Assembly (NCBI GenBank): GCA_039182865.1
Contig: JBCDBX010000003.1
Coordinates: forward strand, 1,343-65,342
Source: Pseudomonadota bacterium
GTDB taxonomy: Bacteria > Pseudomonadota > Gammaproteobacteria > UBA4575
Length of the DNA: 64,000 bases
Direction: 5' to 3'
Notes under the pieces: model-generated
Told to the model about the DNA's origin: nothing
The model's input: only the letters and a program-made list of their open reading frames with translations
Database searches by the model: none
In this document: positions 48,487 through 58,279 of the stretch, piece after piece
Numbering within the stretch: position 1 is the first letter of the stretch
Layout of the letters: each line of letters begins with the position of its first letter
Position numbers and translations under genes: made by a program

Positions 48487-48906
48487 TCAATCTGCCTTAT
48501 CTAGAGCTTCTGCGATACCTGGTGACATATCTCCGTGGTGGTGGATGATTTTCCACGCTCCATTTATACAATAAAAGATATTTGTAACCCTTGAATTTAC
48601 TGTGAGAGGAGTTCCTGCCACCTCAAATTCCGCATGTTCTATCCCCACCTCATATGCGGTATCACCATGAATACGTATTAATCGATCTGTCATTTCCACA
48701 TATCCACCAGCACTTGATCGTGCAACACGCTCAAAAGACGCTTTTATATTTTCCCAGCCCACCTCACGTCCTCCAATAGGATGCATCGTTGTAGCATCTG
48801 GTGTATGTGCCCAAAGTTCTATCAATGCGTTAGCATCTCCACCTAGCATTTGGTTAAGTGCTGCGTAAAATTGCTTTGATACTTCTCGAACTTCTTCTTC
48901 TACCAT
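48487..48906 (-). CDS. SnoaL-like / NTF2-fold protein (DUF4440-like)
   Basis: 139 aa. KQFYAALN...GDA..L.ELW.......HP N-terminal pattern typical of SnoaL-like ketosteroid-isomerase-fold proteins. Confidence 0.5.
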   Translation of the reverse strand: MVEEEVREVSKQFYAALNQMLGGDANALIELWAHTPDATTMHPIGGREVGWENIKASFERVARSSAGGYVEMTDRLIRIHGDTAYEVGIEHAEFEVAGTPLTVNSRVTNIFYCINGAWKIIHHHGDMSPGIAEALDKAD

Positions 48907-49035
48907 AGATAGCCTCGTGTTTAAAAAAATCTATTAAATCAAGTAATTTACAATAACTACTGTAGACTAATGCATCAATATATCCAGGATTAATATTCAT
49001 ATGGTATTAATCGATTTAGTTGATTAAATTCATGA

Positions 49036-49311
49036 TTAAGAAATTTTGATTCGAACAACATTCATGATTTCCATCTGAATGCCTGCTATATTTTCTGTAG
49101 AAGGATAATAAGTCAAATTAACACGCTGACCTTTTAAGTTCTTATATTTTTGTTTTCGTTTATATCGAAAAGCTACATCATATCCTTCTAGCATCAATGT
49201 ATTGATAATCCATTCTCCCGCTTCTCTTTGGACATGGGACGTTACTTTCATCATATCCGAGTGCGTCAACTTCTCATGTTTTTTTAATAATTTCTCTGGC
49301 TCAGATTTCAT
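49036..49311 (-). CDS. Hypothetical small basic protein
   Basis: 91-aa ORF, no recognisable motif. Confidence 0.3.
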   Translation of the reverse strand: MKSEPEKLLKKHEKLTHSDMMKVTSHVQREAGEWIINTLMLEGYDVAFRYKRKQKYKNLKGQRVNLTYYPSTENIAGIQMEIMNVVRIKIS

Positions 49312-49376
49312 AGTATGTACAACTAATAGGATTGTTCTATAGAATTAGCATTTACTCTAAATAAGGAGTCCATTTT

Positions 49377-49802
49377 TTGTTGACTCATTTGCTATTTGGC
49401 ACATTAATAATTGGCCTGATTGTAATATTCCATATTGCATGTCTCATAGTACTTGCCAATTTGTTAAAAAAACTTGATACAAGCTACGTTATTTTTCACA
49501 CTAATATTGGTCATTTCTACTTATTAGTTCTTTCCGTATTTTTCATCATTGGTATTCATACCATAGAAGCTTGGGCATGGGCCTATGTCTACTATGCTCT
49601 TGGCGAATTTTCAAATATGGAAGAAGCATTATATTTTTCAGTCGTTACCTCAACAACGCTTGGCTATGGCGATATTACCTTATCACCTGAATGGCAACTA
49701 CTCAGCACGTTCGAAGCGATGGGAGGTTTATTATTATTTGGTGTGAGTACGGCTGCTTTGATTGCGATTACCCGCAAGCTATTTGATGATCTAAACAGAT
49801 GA
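49377..49802 (+). CDS. Minimal K+-selective ion channel (pore-only, no regulatory domain)
   Basis: 141 aa with a pore helix plus selectivity filter SVVTSTTLGYGDITL (canonical T-x-G-Y-G-D) flanked by TM helices. Confidence 0.7.
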   Translation: MLTHLLFGTLIIGLIVIFHIACLIVLANLLKKLDTSYVIFHTNIGHFYLLVLSVFFIIGIHTIEAWAWAYVYYALGEFSNMEEALYFSVVTSTTLGYGDITLSPEWQLLSTFEAMGGLLLFGVSTAALIAITRKLFDDLNR

Positions 49803-49818
49803 TATGCGCTCAAAATAA

Positions 49819-52176
49819 CTAGCGATTCTCTAAGCGGCTGTAATCAAACAAGCTGTAATTAATTGGATCTTTCTGCTCAAAATTTGAATGCAATTGGTCA
49901 CTGTGTTGCCAAAAGTTCTCGGCTGTGCGACGAATTCCATATATCGCCATAAAGTCAGAATATTTCTGATTAGAATTAATTTTTAACACACGATCCACAA
50001 GCATATCTAGTTGGTCTTCATAAACATGCCAAAATGTATTGGGATAGGCACCTATAAAACCATTGACTACTGTCACTGTATCTTTAACTGGACTACGGCT
50101 GTCTTTCTCATCGAATAATGTCGTAACATTTTTATGTGCATCGTTTCTGATTAAAGTGAATACACTTAACTTACCTTCACTATTCTCTATACTTAAAAAA
50201 GTAACATCTGACAACTCCTGAACAGCTCTATTTGGTATTGCATTTAATGCCTCTAATGCATCAAGGTAATTTTGAGGCGTGTTATCTTTATTAATATTAA
50301 AGCCTTGATCCTTGATATCGGATACACGCTGACTCAACAATCCAAGCAGTTCCTCTCTAGGCTCATTGGTTTTGTATGAAATGTTTGTCTCATGAAAAAA
50401 TTGCTCATTCACAGCATCAAAGTAATCATTGACATGTTTATCCGCATCCTCATACCACTCCTGCCACACTTGTTGCCGAGCATCACGAGGAAGCATTTCA
50501 ATAAAATTTATTTCAGACTCCATACGTAAAAAGTCCATATAAAGACGTGTAAGCAATTGATGTCCGACATTCCCAAATACATTGTAGCCAGCGACTAGTA
50601 AATAATGAATTCGCTCAAAAATTGAGTAGTCAATTACCCATGCGGTCTCAGGTTTCTTGCCCACGAGACCTCGCACAACCGAGGCACTATCAAAATGTCT
50701 AAACACGGTTAAAGCAGCATTCGGATTTTTACCTTCACCATTCCAAATAAGATCTAAATTTATTTTTTCGCTCTGCTCAAATAATTGTTCTTCGTATTGA
50801 TATTTATTCTTGAGATAGGTTTTTTGCTGCGTGGCATATGAGCGCCAATCAGTAATGGTAAGTAATACAGGATTACCCTTACCCGCCGGTAACTGCAAAT
50901 TACTGCTATTAATGGCTAAAAACTCTGCATTATCCGCGGGTAGTGATACGTTAGGGTTAGAAAAGAATACCCAGAAACGATCTCGAATCACATCTAGCGC
51001 AATCTGCCCACGACAAACAGGGCCCTTCATGAATGCCATAATAATTTTTTCGGCATCATCCAACATAAAGCGATAACGCGAATCTACTGGTAACTGTTGA
51101 AAAGCCACAAACGGATTACTTGCTACCTCAGCTTGATAAGAAACCTTATCTTTAACTCCATATTCAGGCTGAAAAAACAATTGTTTCCAACGTTCTAATC
51201 GAGCATCGCTCAACTCATAGGGCATATGTGTTTTTGAGACCAAGGTTGCATCTACGACTTTTAAGCGGTAATAAAAATTGTTCACCCCAGGATCATCATA
51301 GGGTCTGACAGTATCAATAAGCTCAATCGCTTCTCCTGTCGGAGTATACGAACGCACTAACTGAAAATAATTTAACTCTGCATCATCTTGATAATACAAA
51401 TGAAATAAATATAGATGCTCAAAAATATAACGGCTAACTAATTGTGACTTCAATGATGCTTGATTAAAAAACGCCTCCCATCGTTCTACTTCTTTTTGTA
51501 AATTATCATTTAAAGGAGCAGGACTAGCCATCGGTGCATTCGCATCTATCCATTCAACCAAAGTTGATTGCTCCTGTTGTGATAATGCGGGCAAACCATA
51601 TGGCATTCCCCATAAAGGGAAACGTTTAGAGAATTCGTCAAATTGATAAATATTGGGACACGCTTGGCTTCGATTTAAGTCTAAGGTGATATCTTTAGGT
51701 AACAAGGCTAGACCCGGTAATGGATGCTGATTTTTTAATTCTAAATATCGATATATAAGACTCGCTTTACGATTGGTGTCTTCACTTGCTTCACCTTCAT
51801 TTAAGACTGGATAAAAACCTTTTTTTCGCCATTCCTTTGTAGTGTATGCATCTGCAGAAGGACTGACATGCTCAGCAGCAAGTATGCGAGCACCATCATA
51901 AACGCGTTCTTTATTAGCGCCACGATCAATACCTGCAGGACTGGTTAGCTTCAATTGACAAGGAGCATCATAACAACCATGACAAACTACGCAGCGTTTA
52001 TCAAAAATGGGCTTGATATCTGTTTGATATTTTTGACCCCATTCAGAATCAAATGCTACATATCTTTCTTGGAATGAAGATGAATCATATTCATTGGCTG
52101 CAAACAGTGCACAACCCGTTATCGATATGATAAGTAGGGTAAATAAAATAAGTTTAGAATCCTGACGCCTTTTCAT
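49819..52176 (-). CDS. cti: Periplasmic fatty-acid cis/trans isomerase (Cti), heme c-type
   Basis: Lipoprotein-like signal (LLIISITGC) followed by the Cti heme-binding motif CVVCHGCYDAPCQLKL. Roughly 785 aa, which is the Cti size. Start set at the ATG at 52176; the ORF track extends to 52236. Confidence 0.75.
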   Translation of the reverse strand: MKRRQDSKLILFTLLIISITGCALFAANEYDSSSFQERYVAFDSEWGQKYQTDIKPIFDKRCVVCHGCYDAPCQLKLTSPAGIDRGANKERVYDGARILAAEHVSPSADAYTTKEWRKKGFYPVLNEGEASEDTNRKASLIYRYLELKNQHPLPGLALLPKDITLDLNRSQACPNIYQFDEFSKRFPLWGMPYGLPALSQQEQSTLVEWIDANAPMASPAPLNDNLQKEVERWEAFFNQASLKSQLVSRYIFEHLYLFHLYYQDDAELNYFQLVRSYTPTGEAIELIDTVRPYDDPGVNNFYYRLKVVDATLVSKTHMPYELSDARLERWKQLFFQPEYGVKDKVSYQAEVASNPFVAFQQLPVDSRYRFMLDDAEKIIMAFMKGPVCRGQIALDVIRDRFWVFFSNPNVSLPADNAEFLAINSSNLQLPAGKGNPVLLTITDWRSYATQQKTYLKNKYQYEEQLFEQSEKINLDLIWNGEGKNPNAALTVFRHFDSASVVRGLVGKKPETAWVIDYSIFERIHYLLVAGYNVFGNVGHQLLTRLYMDFLRMESEINFIEMLPRDARQQVWQEWYEDADKHVNDYFDAVNEQFFHETNISYKTNEPREELLGLLSQRVSDIKDQGFNINKDNTPQNYLDALEALNAIPNRAVQELSDVTFLSIENSEGKLSVFTLIRNDAHKNVTTLFDEKDSRSPVKDTVTVVNGFIGAYPNTFWHVYEDQLDMLVDRVLKINSNQKYSDFMAIYGIRRTAENFWQHSDQLHSNFEQKDPINYSLFDYSRLENR

Positions 52177-52266
52177 TTTAAACTCTTTTGAAATCATTCT
52201 GACAAAAATACTGACTTTGATCATCTTATAAGACAAAGAAAGTACACTAAATTATATATTCTCGAA

Positions 52267-52659
52267 TTATTCTTCTCTTGGCCTTTTCTGATAAGTCCTA
52301 TTTTTTGGGATTACGCTTCTAACTCCACCTCTTGGGTCTTCAACATCACCGAAATATCGAGGGATTAAATGAATATGCGTATGGGGAACGGACTGACCTG
52401 CTGCCTTACTTACATTGATACCAATATTATATGAATCTGGCTGGTGCTCTTTTTCAACTAATTCCTTCGCTATCTTTACAGATTCCCAAAGCTCACGCAC
52501 TTCTTCATCTGTGCAATCGAAATAATTAGGCACATGACGATTCGGCACTATCAGCATATGACCAGGCGAGGCAGGATATCGATCTTTACTTATAAACGTG
52601 AGTTCACCTTGATAGACCAAGTCAAGTCTTTTACAAAAAATACAATCTTCTATAGACAT
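52267..52659 (-). CDS. HIT-family hydrolase
   Basis: Histidine triad HTHIHLIP and upstream HMLIVPNRH. Confidence 0.75.
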   Translation of the reverse strand: MSIEDCIFCKRLDLVYQGELTFISKDRYPASPGHMLIVPNRHVPNYFDCTDEEVRELWESVKIAKELVEKEHQPDSYNIGINVSKAAGQSVPHTHIHLIPRYFGDVEDPRGGVRSVIPKNRTYQKRPREE

Positions 52660-52782
52660 AGCTTCTAATTCTAAAAGTTAGGTTGATTTTTATATTGCGG
52701 GATCAGTTCTAGTAACATTGCTTGAAATGTTGTAGAAATATACCATAGTGCTGCTTATAGCCTGACTACAAAATAGTTATAT

Positions 52783-54177
52783 ATGTATCAACATTACTTT
52801 ATTGCTGCTTTATTAATTGTGATGGCAGCAAGCTCCGCGACTCATGCACTTCTCAATAAAACAGACTCGCGTTCGGCACTGGGCTGGATAGCCGTTTCAA
52901 TTGTATTTCCATTCTTTGGTCCCATCTTTTATTTTTTATTTGGCATCAACCGTGTTCAAAATCGTGCGGTCAAACTCAATTATTACTTGAGAAAACGGCA
53001 TTTTGAAAGCAAGCATCATCAAACTTATGTTTTCAACCCACTCAAGAATATTCAAATAGTCTCTCATCAACTGACTGAACTACCTTTACTAGGCGGCAAT
53101 TCGGTAGAGATCTTATATTCTGGTAAACAAGCTTACCCTTCAATGATTCAAGCGATAAATTCTGCTAAAGATTACATTTATCTTTCTACTTACATTTTCA
53201 AGCCCGATGAAACAGGAACAGCATTTATCAACGCACTCGCGGAAGCGAAGGACCGTGGCGTTAAAGTATTTGTATTAATCGATGGTGTAGGCGAATTTTA
53301 TTCGATCAGAAAAGCAAGCAAACTGTTAGCTAAAAATAATGTTGATGTTGCACGTTTTCTCCCACCCAAACTAGTTCCATTCAACATCTATATCAACTTG
53401 CGAAATCACCGCAAGTTATTAATCATTGATGACTACATTGGTTTTGCTGGAGGCATGAATATCAGTCACCAATATGCCTCTAACGGCAAAAATAATCCGA
53501 AAGATACTCACTTTAAGTTATCTGGGAGTATTACTTTACAGCTAAAACATTTATTTGAAGCAGATTGGAGATTTGCTACACAGGAGGAAACTAATATTCC
53601 AACTCCCAGCTGCCAAGATCAAGAAACTTCATCTTGGTGTCGCACGATTTGCGATGGGCCTGGTGAGAATCTTGGACATCTTTCCATTGTCATATTTAGT
53701 GCGATTAACGCAGCAACAAAATCAATCACTATCATGACACCTTATTTTTTACCAAATAAAGATTTAATTCGCGCTTTAGAAGTCGCTGCCCTGCGTGGTA
53801 TCGATGTGTCCCTTATTCTTCCTAAAAATAATAATCTTTTCTATGTAGATTGGGCCTGCCGACATATGCTTTGGCAACTAGTTGGATCTGGTATCAATAT
53901 TTATTACCAACCAGGACCATTTGAACATTCCAAATTATTTATTGTGGATAGTTTTTATACTCTAATCGGGTCTGCTAACTTCGATCCACGCAGCTTACGA
54001 CTTAACTATGAAGTAGGCGTTGAAATTTATGATAAAAATGTCGCGACAGAATTAACTGAATATACGCATACCGTTATTATGCATAGCCGAAAATTGACAC
54101 TAGATGAACTAAGGAGTAGATCTTTGGCGGTTAAATTAAGAGATGGTGTTGCCTGGCTGTTTTCACCTTACTTATAA
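52783..54177 (+). CDS. cls: Cardiolipin synthase (PLD superfamily, two HKD motifs)
   Basis: N-terminal TM helices and two HKD motifs (HRKLLIIDD..GG.N and HSKLFIVD..IGSANFD). Confidence 0.8.
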   Translation: MYQHYFIAALLIVMAASSATHALLNKTDSRSALGWIAVSIVFPFFGPIFYFLFGINRVQNRAVKLNYYLRKRHFESKHHQTYVFNPLKNIQIVSHQLTELPLLGGNSVEILYSGKQAYPSMIQAINSAKDYIYLSTYIFKPDETGTAFINALAEAKDRGVKVFVLIDGVGEFYSIRKASKLLAKNNVDVARFLPPKLVPFNIYINLRNHRKLLIIDDYIGFAGGMNISHQYASNGKNNPKDTHFKLSGSITLQLKHLFEADWRFATQEETNIPTPSCQDQETSSWCRTICDGPGENLGHLSIVIFSAINAATKSITIMTPYFLPNKDLIRALEVAALRGIDVSLILPKNNNLFYVDWACRHMLWQLVGSGINIYYQPGPFEHSKLFIVDSFYTLIGSANFDPRSLRLNYEVGVEIYDKNVATELTEYTHTVIMHSRKLTLDELRSRSLAVKLRDGVAWLFSPYL

Positions 54178-54181
54178 ACCT

Positions 54182-54493
54182 CTAAAACTTATCTAGCCTA
54201 AATACTTGAGAATCACTGATATAAATAACAATCGCATAGTTTTCAAAATATTTATCTTTCACAAAAGTTGAGATTTTTTTTGCCTGATCCGCATCACAAA
54301 TGATTTCAATACGAATATTACTATTAGACTCCCAACCTCCCATTCTAGAACCGCGTCGCCCCTTTCCGCGCGCATCGATGATTGTAAATCCATTAACACC
54401 TAGCGACTCAAAGTCATCGATCAATGATGACTCAATACTGGCTTCAGTAATAATCGTTAATACTTTTATATTATGTATTTTATCTTCCATCAT
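54182..54493 (-). CDS. sbtB: SbtB-like PII-family signalling protein
   Basis: NGFTIIDARGKGRRGSRMGG...IRIEIICDADQAKKISTFVKDKYFENYAIVIYISDSQV aligns closely with cyanobacterial SbtB (GYTVMNTGGKGSRNVRSSG...KYFNDYAGIIYICSAEV). Directly downstream of the sbtA-like gene. Confidence 0.7.
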   Translation of the reverse strand: MMEDKIHNIKVLTIITEASIESSLIDDFESLGVNGFTIIDARGKGRRGSRMGGWESNSNIRIEIICDADQAKKISTFVKDKYFENYAIVIYISDSQVFRLDKF

Positions 54494-54497
54494 GTAT

Positions 54498-55442
54498 TTA
54501 CCCAGTGATAGTGCTATGCATTAATTCGGCTATTTTTAAGTATATTGGAATACCAAATATGACGTTAAAAGAAAATGTAATCCCCAAGGATGCCGTCAAA
54601 GATAATGTTGGATTTGCTTCTGGAATCGAAATACGCATGGCCGCAGGAACAGCAATATAAGACGCACTTGCAGCGAGTGTCGCTAGCATCCCCATGCCTC
54701 CTACTGACATACCCAACATGATGCCAAAAAGGCAACCAATAACTGCAGAAAATAATGGCATCAGAATTCCAAAGGCAATCAAAAACACACCATGGTTTTT
54801 TAATGAACCCACTTGCATCGCGGCGATTAAGCCCATCTCAAGTAAGAAAATTGCTAGCACACCTTTGAATAAATCAAAAAATAGAGGCTCAATAGATGCG
54901 ATACCTTCAGGACCTGCAATCCACCCAATCAATAAACCGCCAACCAATAAGACGATACCTTTTCCTAGAAATACTTCATGGAATACGATAGACCATTGGG
55001 TATTTTTAGTGATGCCTTTTGCAAGAATAATCCCAACAAGAATAGCAGGAATTTCTAGCAGCACTAAAAGAAGTGGCATATGCTCTTCATAGAAAACATT
55101 TTTGGTCCCGTAGTATGCGACTGCTACTGCAAACGTCCCCACACTGACCGAACCATAGTGAGCCGCAATAGAGGCTGCATCACCCACCTTGAATTTACCC
55201 AAATAAAGCAATACCGGATATGCAATCAAAGTTAAAAGTGAGCCCATAAAAATAACCGCCACCATATCTGGTAGAAGACTGACGAGAGACTGCTTAGCAA
55301 GCTCAACTCCACCTTTGAGACCGATGGCTATCAGCAATAGAAAGCTTATGAACTCATAAATTTGCCCCGGCAACCTTAAAGATGAACGCAGAATGCCCGC
55401 AACAAACCCTAATAGAAAAAATAAGATAATGGGGTCGATAAT
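54498..55442 (-). CDS. sbtA: SbtA-family sodium-dependent bicarbonate transporter-like permease (start uncertain, probably non-ATG)
   Basis: C-terminal AASASYIAVPAAMRISIPEANP... and N-terminal ...IAIGLKGG regions parallel SbtA. The annotated start is TTG at 55373. The in-frame upstream sequence to 55469 encodes a further SbtA-like TM helix with no ATG/GTG/TTG. Confidence 0.65.
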   Translation of the reverse strand: MIDPIILFFLLGFVAGILRSSLRLPGQIYEFISFLLLIAIGLKGGVELAKQSLVSLLPDMVAVIFMGSLLTLIAYPVLLYLGKFKVGDAASIAAHYGSVSVGTFAVAVAYYGTKNVFYEEHMPLLLVLLEIPAILVGIILAKGITKNTQWSIVFHEVFLGKGIVLLVGGLLIGWIAGPEGIASIEPLFFDLFKGVLAIFLLEMGLIAAMQVGSLKNHGVFLIAFGILMPLFSAVIGCLFGIMLGMSVGGMGMLATLAASASYIAVPAAMRISIPEANPTLSLTASLGITFSFNVIFGIPIYLKIAELMHSTITG

Positions 55443-55562
55443 AGCTACCTTTTTATAACAGCAATTGCGTTAACAACTTACTACAGACCGCAATAATTTA
55501 CAGCACTGTTATAGCATTTTATCATTCTCATAATCATATTATGACTAGCGACAAAGCTTGGT

Positions 55563-56432
55563 TTAATCCATCACTAGTTCATAACTACCTTTACTACGCA
55601 AATATATAATGCATCCTTCACTTTCATCGACAGCTAGATAATGTATCGATTTACCTTGAGAGCTAAAATAACTCCCCGGCATTAGAGTATTTTGGTCACC
55701 TTTCGCCTCAATTCCATGATTTACTTTTCCTTGAATAAGCACTCCTCGCATAATGGGCTGATCAACCAATATCTTGCCTGAAGATCCCGCCGGTAATTTT
55801 ACAAAGGTGCCATTTAGTTCTTTGCCTTGCGGCTCCCCCCAAAGAAATGCAATTTTAGCTGCGCTTTTTGATGATGTATTTTCTGCTTGCTTAATCCATT
55901 GTGTATTTGTTGCATCCAGCCATACGATATTGGATGCCTCTATGTTGACTGACTTATCACCTTCATCAAAAGCTTTACTCGTTGGAAGTACCAAGTATGG
56001 GCTTTGTTCAATTTCAATGTAAGCGATATTTTGCGAACCTTTAGCCGCAGTAATATGGATTTCACCTGCAGCTTGCGTCCAATAGGAACCGGATGACATC
56101 CATGCTTTATTAGCGGAAGGGTCATCATTATGGACTAAGCCACTAATGACGACACCGCGATACATAATATTATGAATATGTGGTGGTGAGGAAAAACCAT
56201 CAACAAACTTCACCAAAAACCCTGATGGGCCAACACCCGTTCGATCACCCCAAAGATTTCCCGCCTGAGGTCCTAACTTGCCTCGCGCTGGATTCAATGG
56301 CGTCCATTTCACATCCGATACCAACAGCACTTCATTCTTATCTTGTGCATTTGAAACAGAAGCATTTCCAAAGATGCTGATAACAAAGACGAGTAAAACT
56401 AACTTCTTTATTGTTATCTTCAATTTAGTCAT
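55563..56432 (-). CDS. Secreted hypothetical protein (possible cupin-like fold)
   Basis: 289 aa with an N-terminal signal peptide (…GNASVSNA|QD). No confident family assignment. Confidence 0.4.
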   Translation of the reverse strand: MTKLKITIKKLVLLVFVISIFGNASVSNAQDKNEVLLVSDVKWTPLNPARGKLGPQAGNLWGDRTGVGPSGFLVKFVDGFSSPPHIHNIMYRGVVISGLVHNDDPSANKAWMSSGSYWTQAAGEIHITAAKGSQNIAYIEIEQSPYLVLPTSKAFDEGDKSVNIEASNIVWLDATNTQWIKQAENTSSKSAAKIAFLWGEPQGKELNGTFVKLPAGSSGKILVDQPIMRGVLIQGKVNHGIEAKGDQNTLMPGSYFSSQGKSIHYLAVDESEGCIIYLRSKGSYELVMD

Positions 56433-56454
56433 CTTAAAATGTAATAAAGAATAG

Positions 56455-57264
56455 TTATTGTAGTGTGGAGGTCAATACCGCTTCAATCACATTAATGACT
56501 TTTTGATTATTTTGCATATCAAGCGCGTGGGGATGTGGAGTAGATAACCTTCCCATATCATTATCAAAGTATTGACCAGAGGCATTTTTATATTCATCAC
56601 TCAAAGCCAAATCACATAGGATGTTTACTCCTATTTGAATGTCTTTACCATTCACACCATAGGCTTCCTTCACCATCTTGCTGCCAAGCATAGAACCTGG
56701 ATTTACGGCTATGACACTGATGTCTGAATCTTTAAGACTATTTGCTAGAGCCATTGACCACATTGTTAGCGCTAATTTACTTTGTGCATAAACCTTTCCA
56801 TCGGAGTGATGACTCGTTGTCGCTAATTCATTCGGGTCAAAACCGGCTTGCGCAGCTGATGATAAATTAATAATTCGCCCATGTTTACTTAATAGAGGCA
56901 ATAAAAGTTTAGTTAATAAATAAGGAGAAATTGTATTAACAACATAGCGTGTGTCTAAACCATCAACCGATACCCTCTCACCAACAACATAGACACCCGC
57001 ATTATTAATCAACACATCGATTTTTTTATGATGGCTGTTTATTTCATTTGCTAACACTCTGACCTCTTCCAAAACAGACAAATCTGCAACATAACACTCA
57101 ATAGACACATCGGTATTCAAAGCGGTCAATTTTTGTTTGGCACTCTCTAATTTAGTTTTATTACGCCCATGTAATAAAATATGATGACCCAATTTAACTA
57201 ATTGTGTAGCAGTAGCGAACCCAATCCCATCGGTTGCTCCCGTAATTAGAATCGTTTTAGCCAT
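56455..57264 (-). CDS. Short-chain dehydrogenase/reductase (SDR)
   Basis: [16 protein letters not shown] cofactor-binding motif and catalytic YAQSK. Start trimmed to 57264. Confidence 0.75.
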   Translation of the reverse strand: MAKTILITGATDGIGFATATQLVKLGHHILLHGRNKTKLESAKQKLTALNTDVSIECYVADLSVLEEVRVLANEINSHHKKIDVLINNAGVYVVGERVSVDGLDTRYVVNTISPYLLTKLLLPLLSKHGRIINLSSAAQAGFDPNELATTSHHSDGKVYAQSKLALTMWSMALANSLKDSDISVIAVNPGSMLGSKMVKEAYGVNGKDIQIGVNILCDLALSDEYKNASGQYFDNDMGRLSTPHPHALDMQNNQKVINVIEAVLTSTLQ

Positions 57265-58246
57265 AGATAAACTCAGGTAGAACTTCTTCTGCAATACTCT
57301 TGAGTGTGGTTTCTATATTTGACTGATTGAATCTCAGATTTAAGGCCACATGATTAACTCCTATGTTCTCAAGTGATTTTAAATGCTCAAGCAAATATTG
57401 AGTACCAGAACTAAAACCCAAATGAAGCGGTTGTGGCTTGTCATTGGCAGATTCCAATAAATCAAAATACAAGGGTTGCATAATAGGTTGAGGGTTTCGC
57501 TCTATTTCTTTAAGTCGCTCATGCCAATCTTGAATAATGCGCTCTTGTAATTTTGGTTCGCGCGGATAAAGCATCCATCCATCAGCATTTTGCGTAATCC
57601 ACTCTGGGTTCTGCTGACTACCTCCTGTTACCAATAATGGAATTTTGTTTGCTGTTGGTTTGGGTAACATATCTATATCGCCGGAGAAGCGTCCAAATTT
57701 ATTTTCGAAACTAGGCTTACTAGCATGCATCTCACGTATATAGCTAAACCCTTCTCGAAAACGTGCTCCACGATCTTCATAATTAATATTCATCGCAGGA
57801 TACTCTTGAGGGCGATCACCTGATGCTACTCCTAAGATCAATCGACCGCTCGACAACACATCAATACTCGCGGAAGCTTTCGCGACATGAGCGGGATGAC
57901 GTAAAGGCAATACAATACTGGCGACACCTAATGCAATTTTTTTAGTTTGAGCTGCTAGAAAACCCAAATAAACAAATGGATCAAACATTTGCCCTGCATC
58001 ATCAAAGGTTGGGACATTAAATGGTACGTCTCGCAGCCAGATTGATGAAAAACCCAATTCCTCAGCCAGTTTTACCCGTTCTATATGATGTTGCATGGTT
58101 GGCACAGCGCTTGAACTATAATCTTCAATCGGCACCACTAATCCAACAGTCATTTTGCCTAACTTGAAGACCGAGTTATATCCATTATTTATCGTTTGAA
58201 ATTGATGTTCACCGATATATGAATTCAAAGAATGAATATTTTCCAT
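57257..58246 (-). CDS. LLM-class flavin-dependent oxidoreductase (luciferase-like monooxygenase)
   Basis: 329 aa with a TIM-barrel LLM pattern (SIWLRDVPF, LGVASGDRPQEY). Confidence 0.65.
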   Translation of the reverse strand: MENIHSLNSYIGEHQFQTINNGYNSVFKLGKMTVGLVVPIEDYSSSAVPTMQHHIERVKLAEELGFSSIWLRDVPFNVPTFDDAGQMFDPFVYLGFLAAQTKKIALGVASIVLPLRHPAHVAKASASIDVLSSGRLILGVASGDRPQEYPAMNINYEDRGARFREGFSYIREMHASKPSFENKFGRFSGDIDMLPKPTANKIPLLVTGGSQQNPEWITQNADGWMLYPREPKLQERIIQDWHERLKEIERNPQPIMQPLYFDLLESANDKPQPLHLGFSSGTQYLLEHLKSLENIGVNHVALNLRFNQSNIETTLKSIAEEVLPEFIYG

Positions 58247-58279
58247 TTAAATTCTCCATACATACAAAGCCAATTCATA

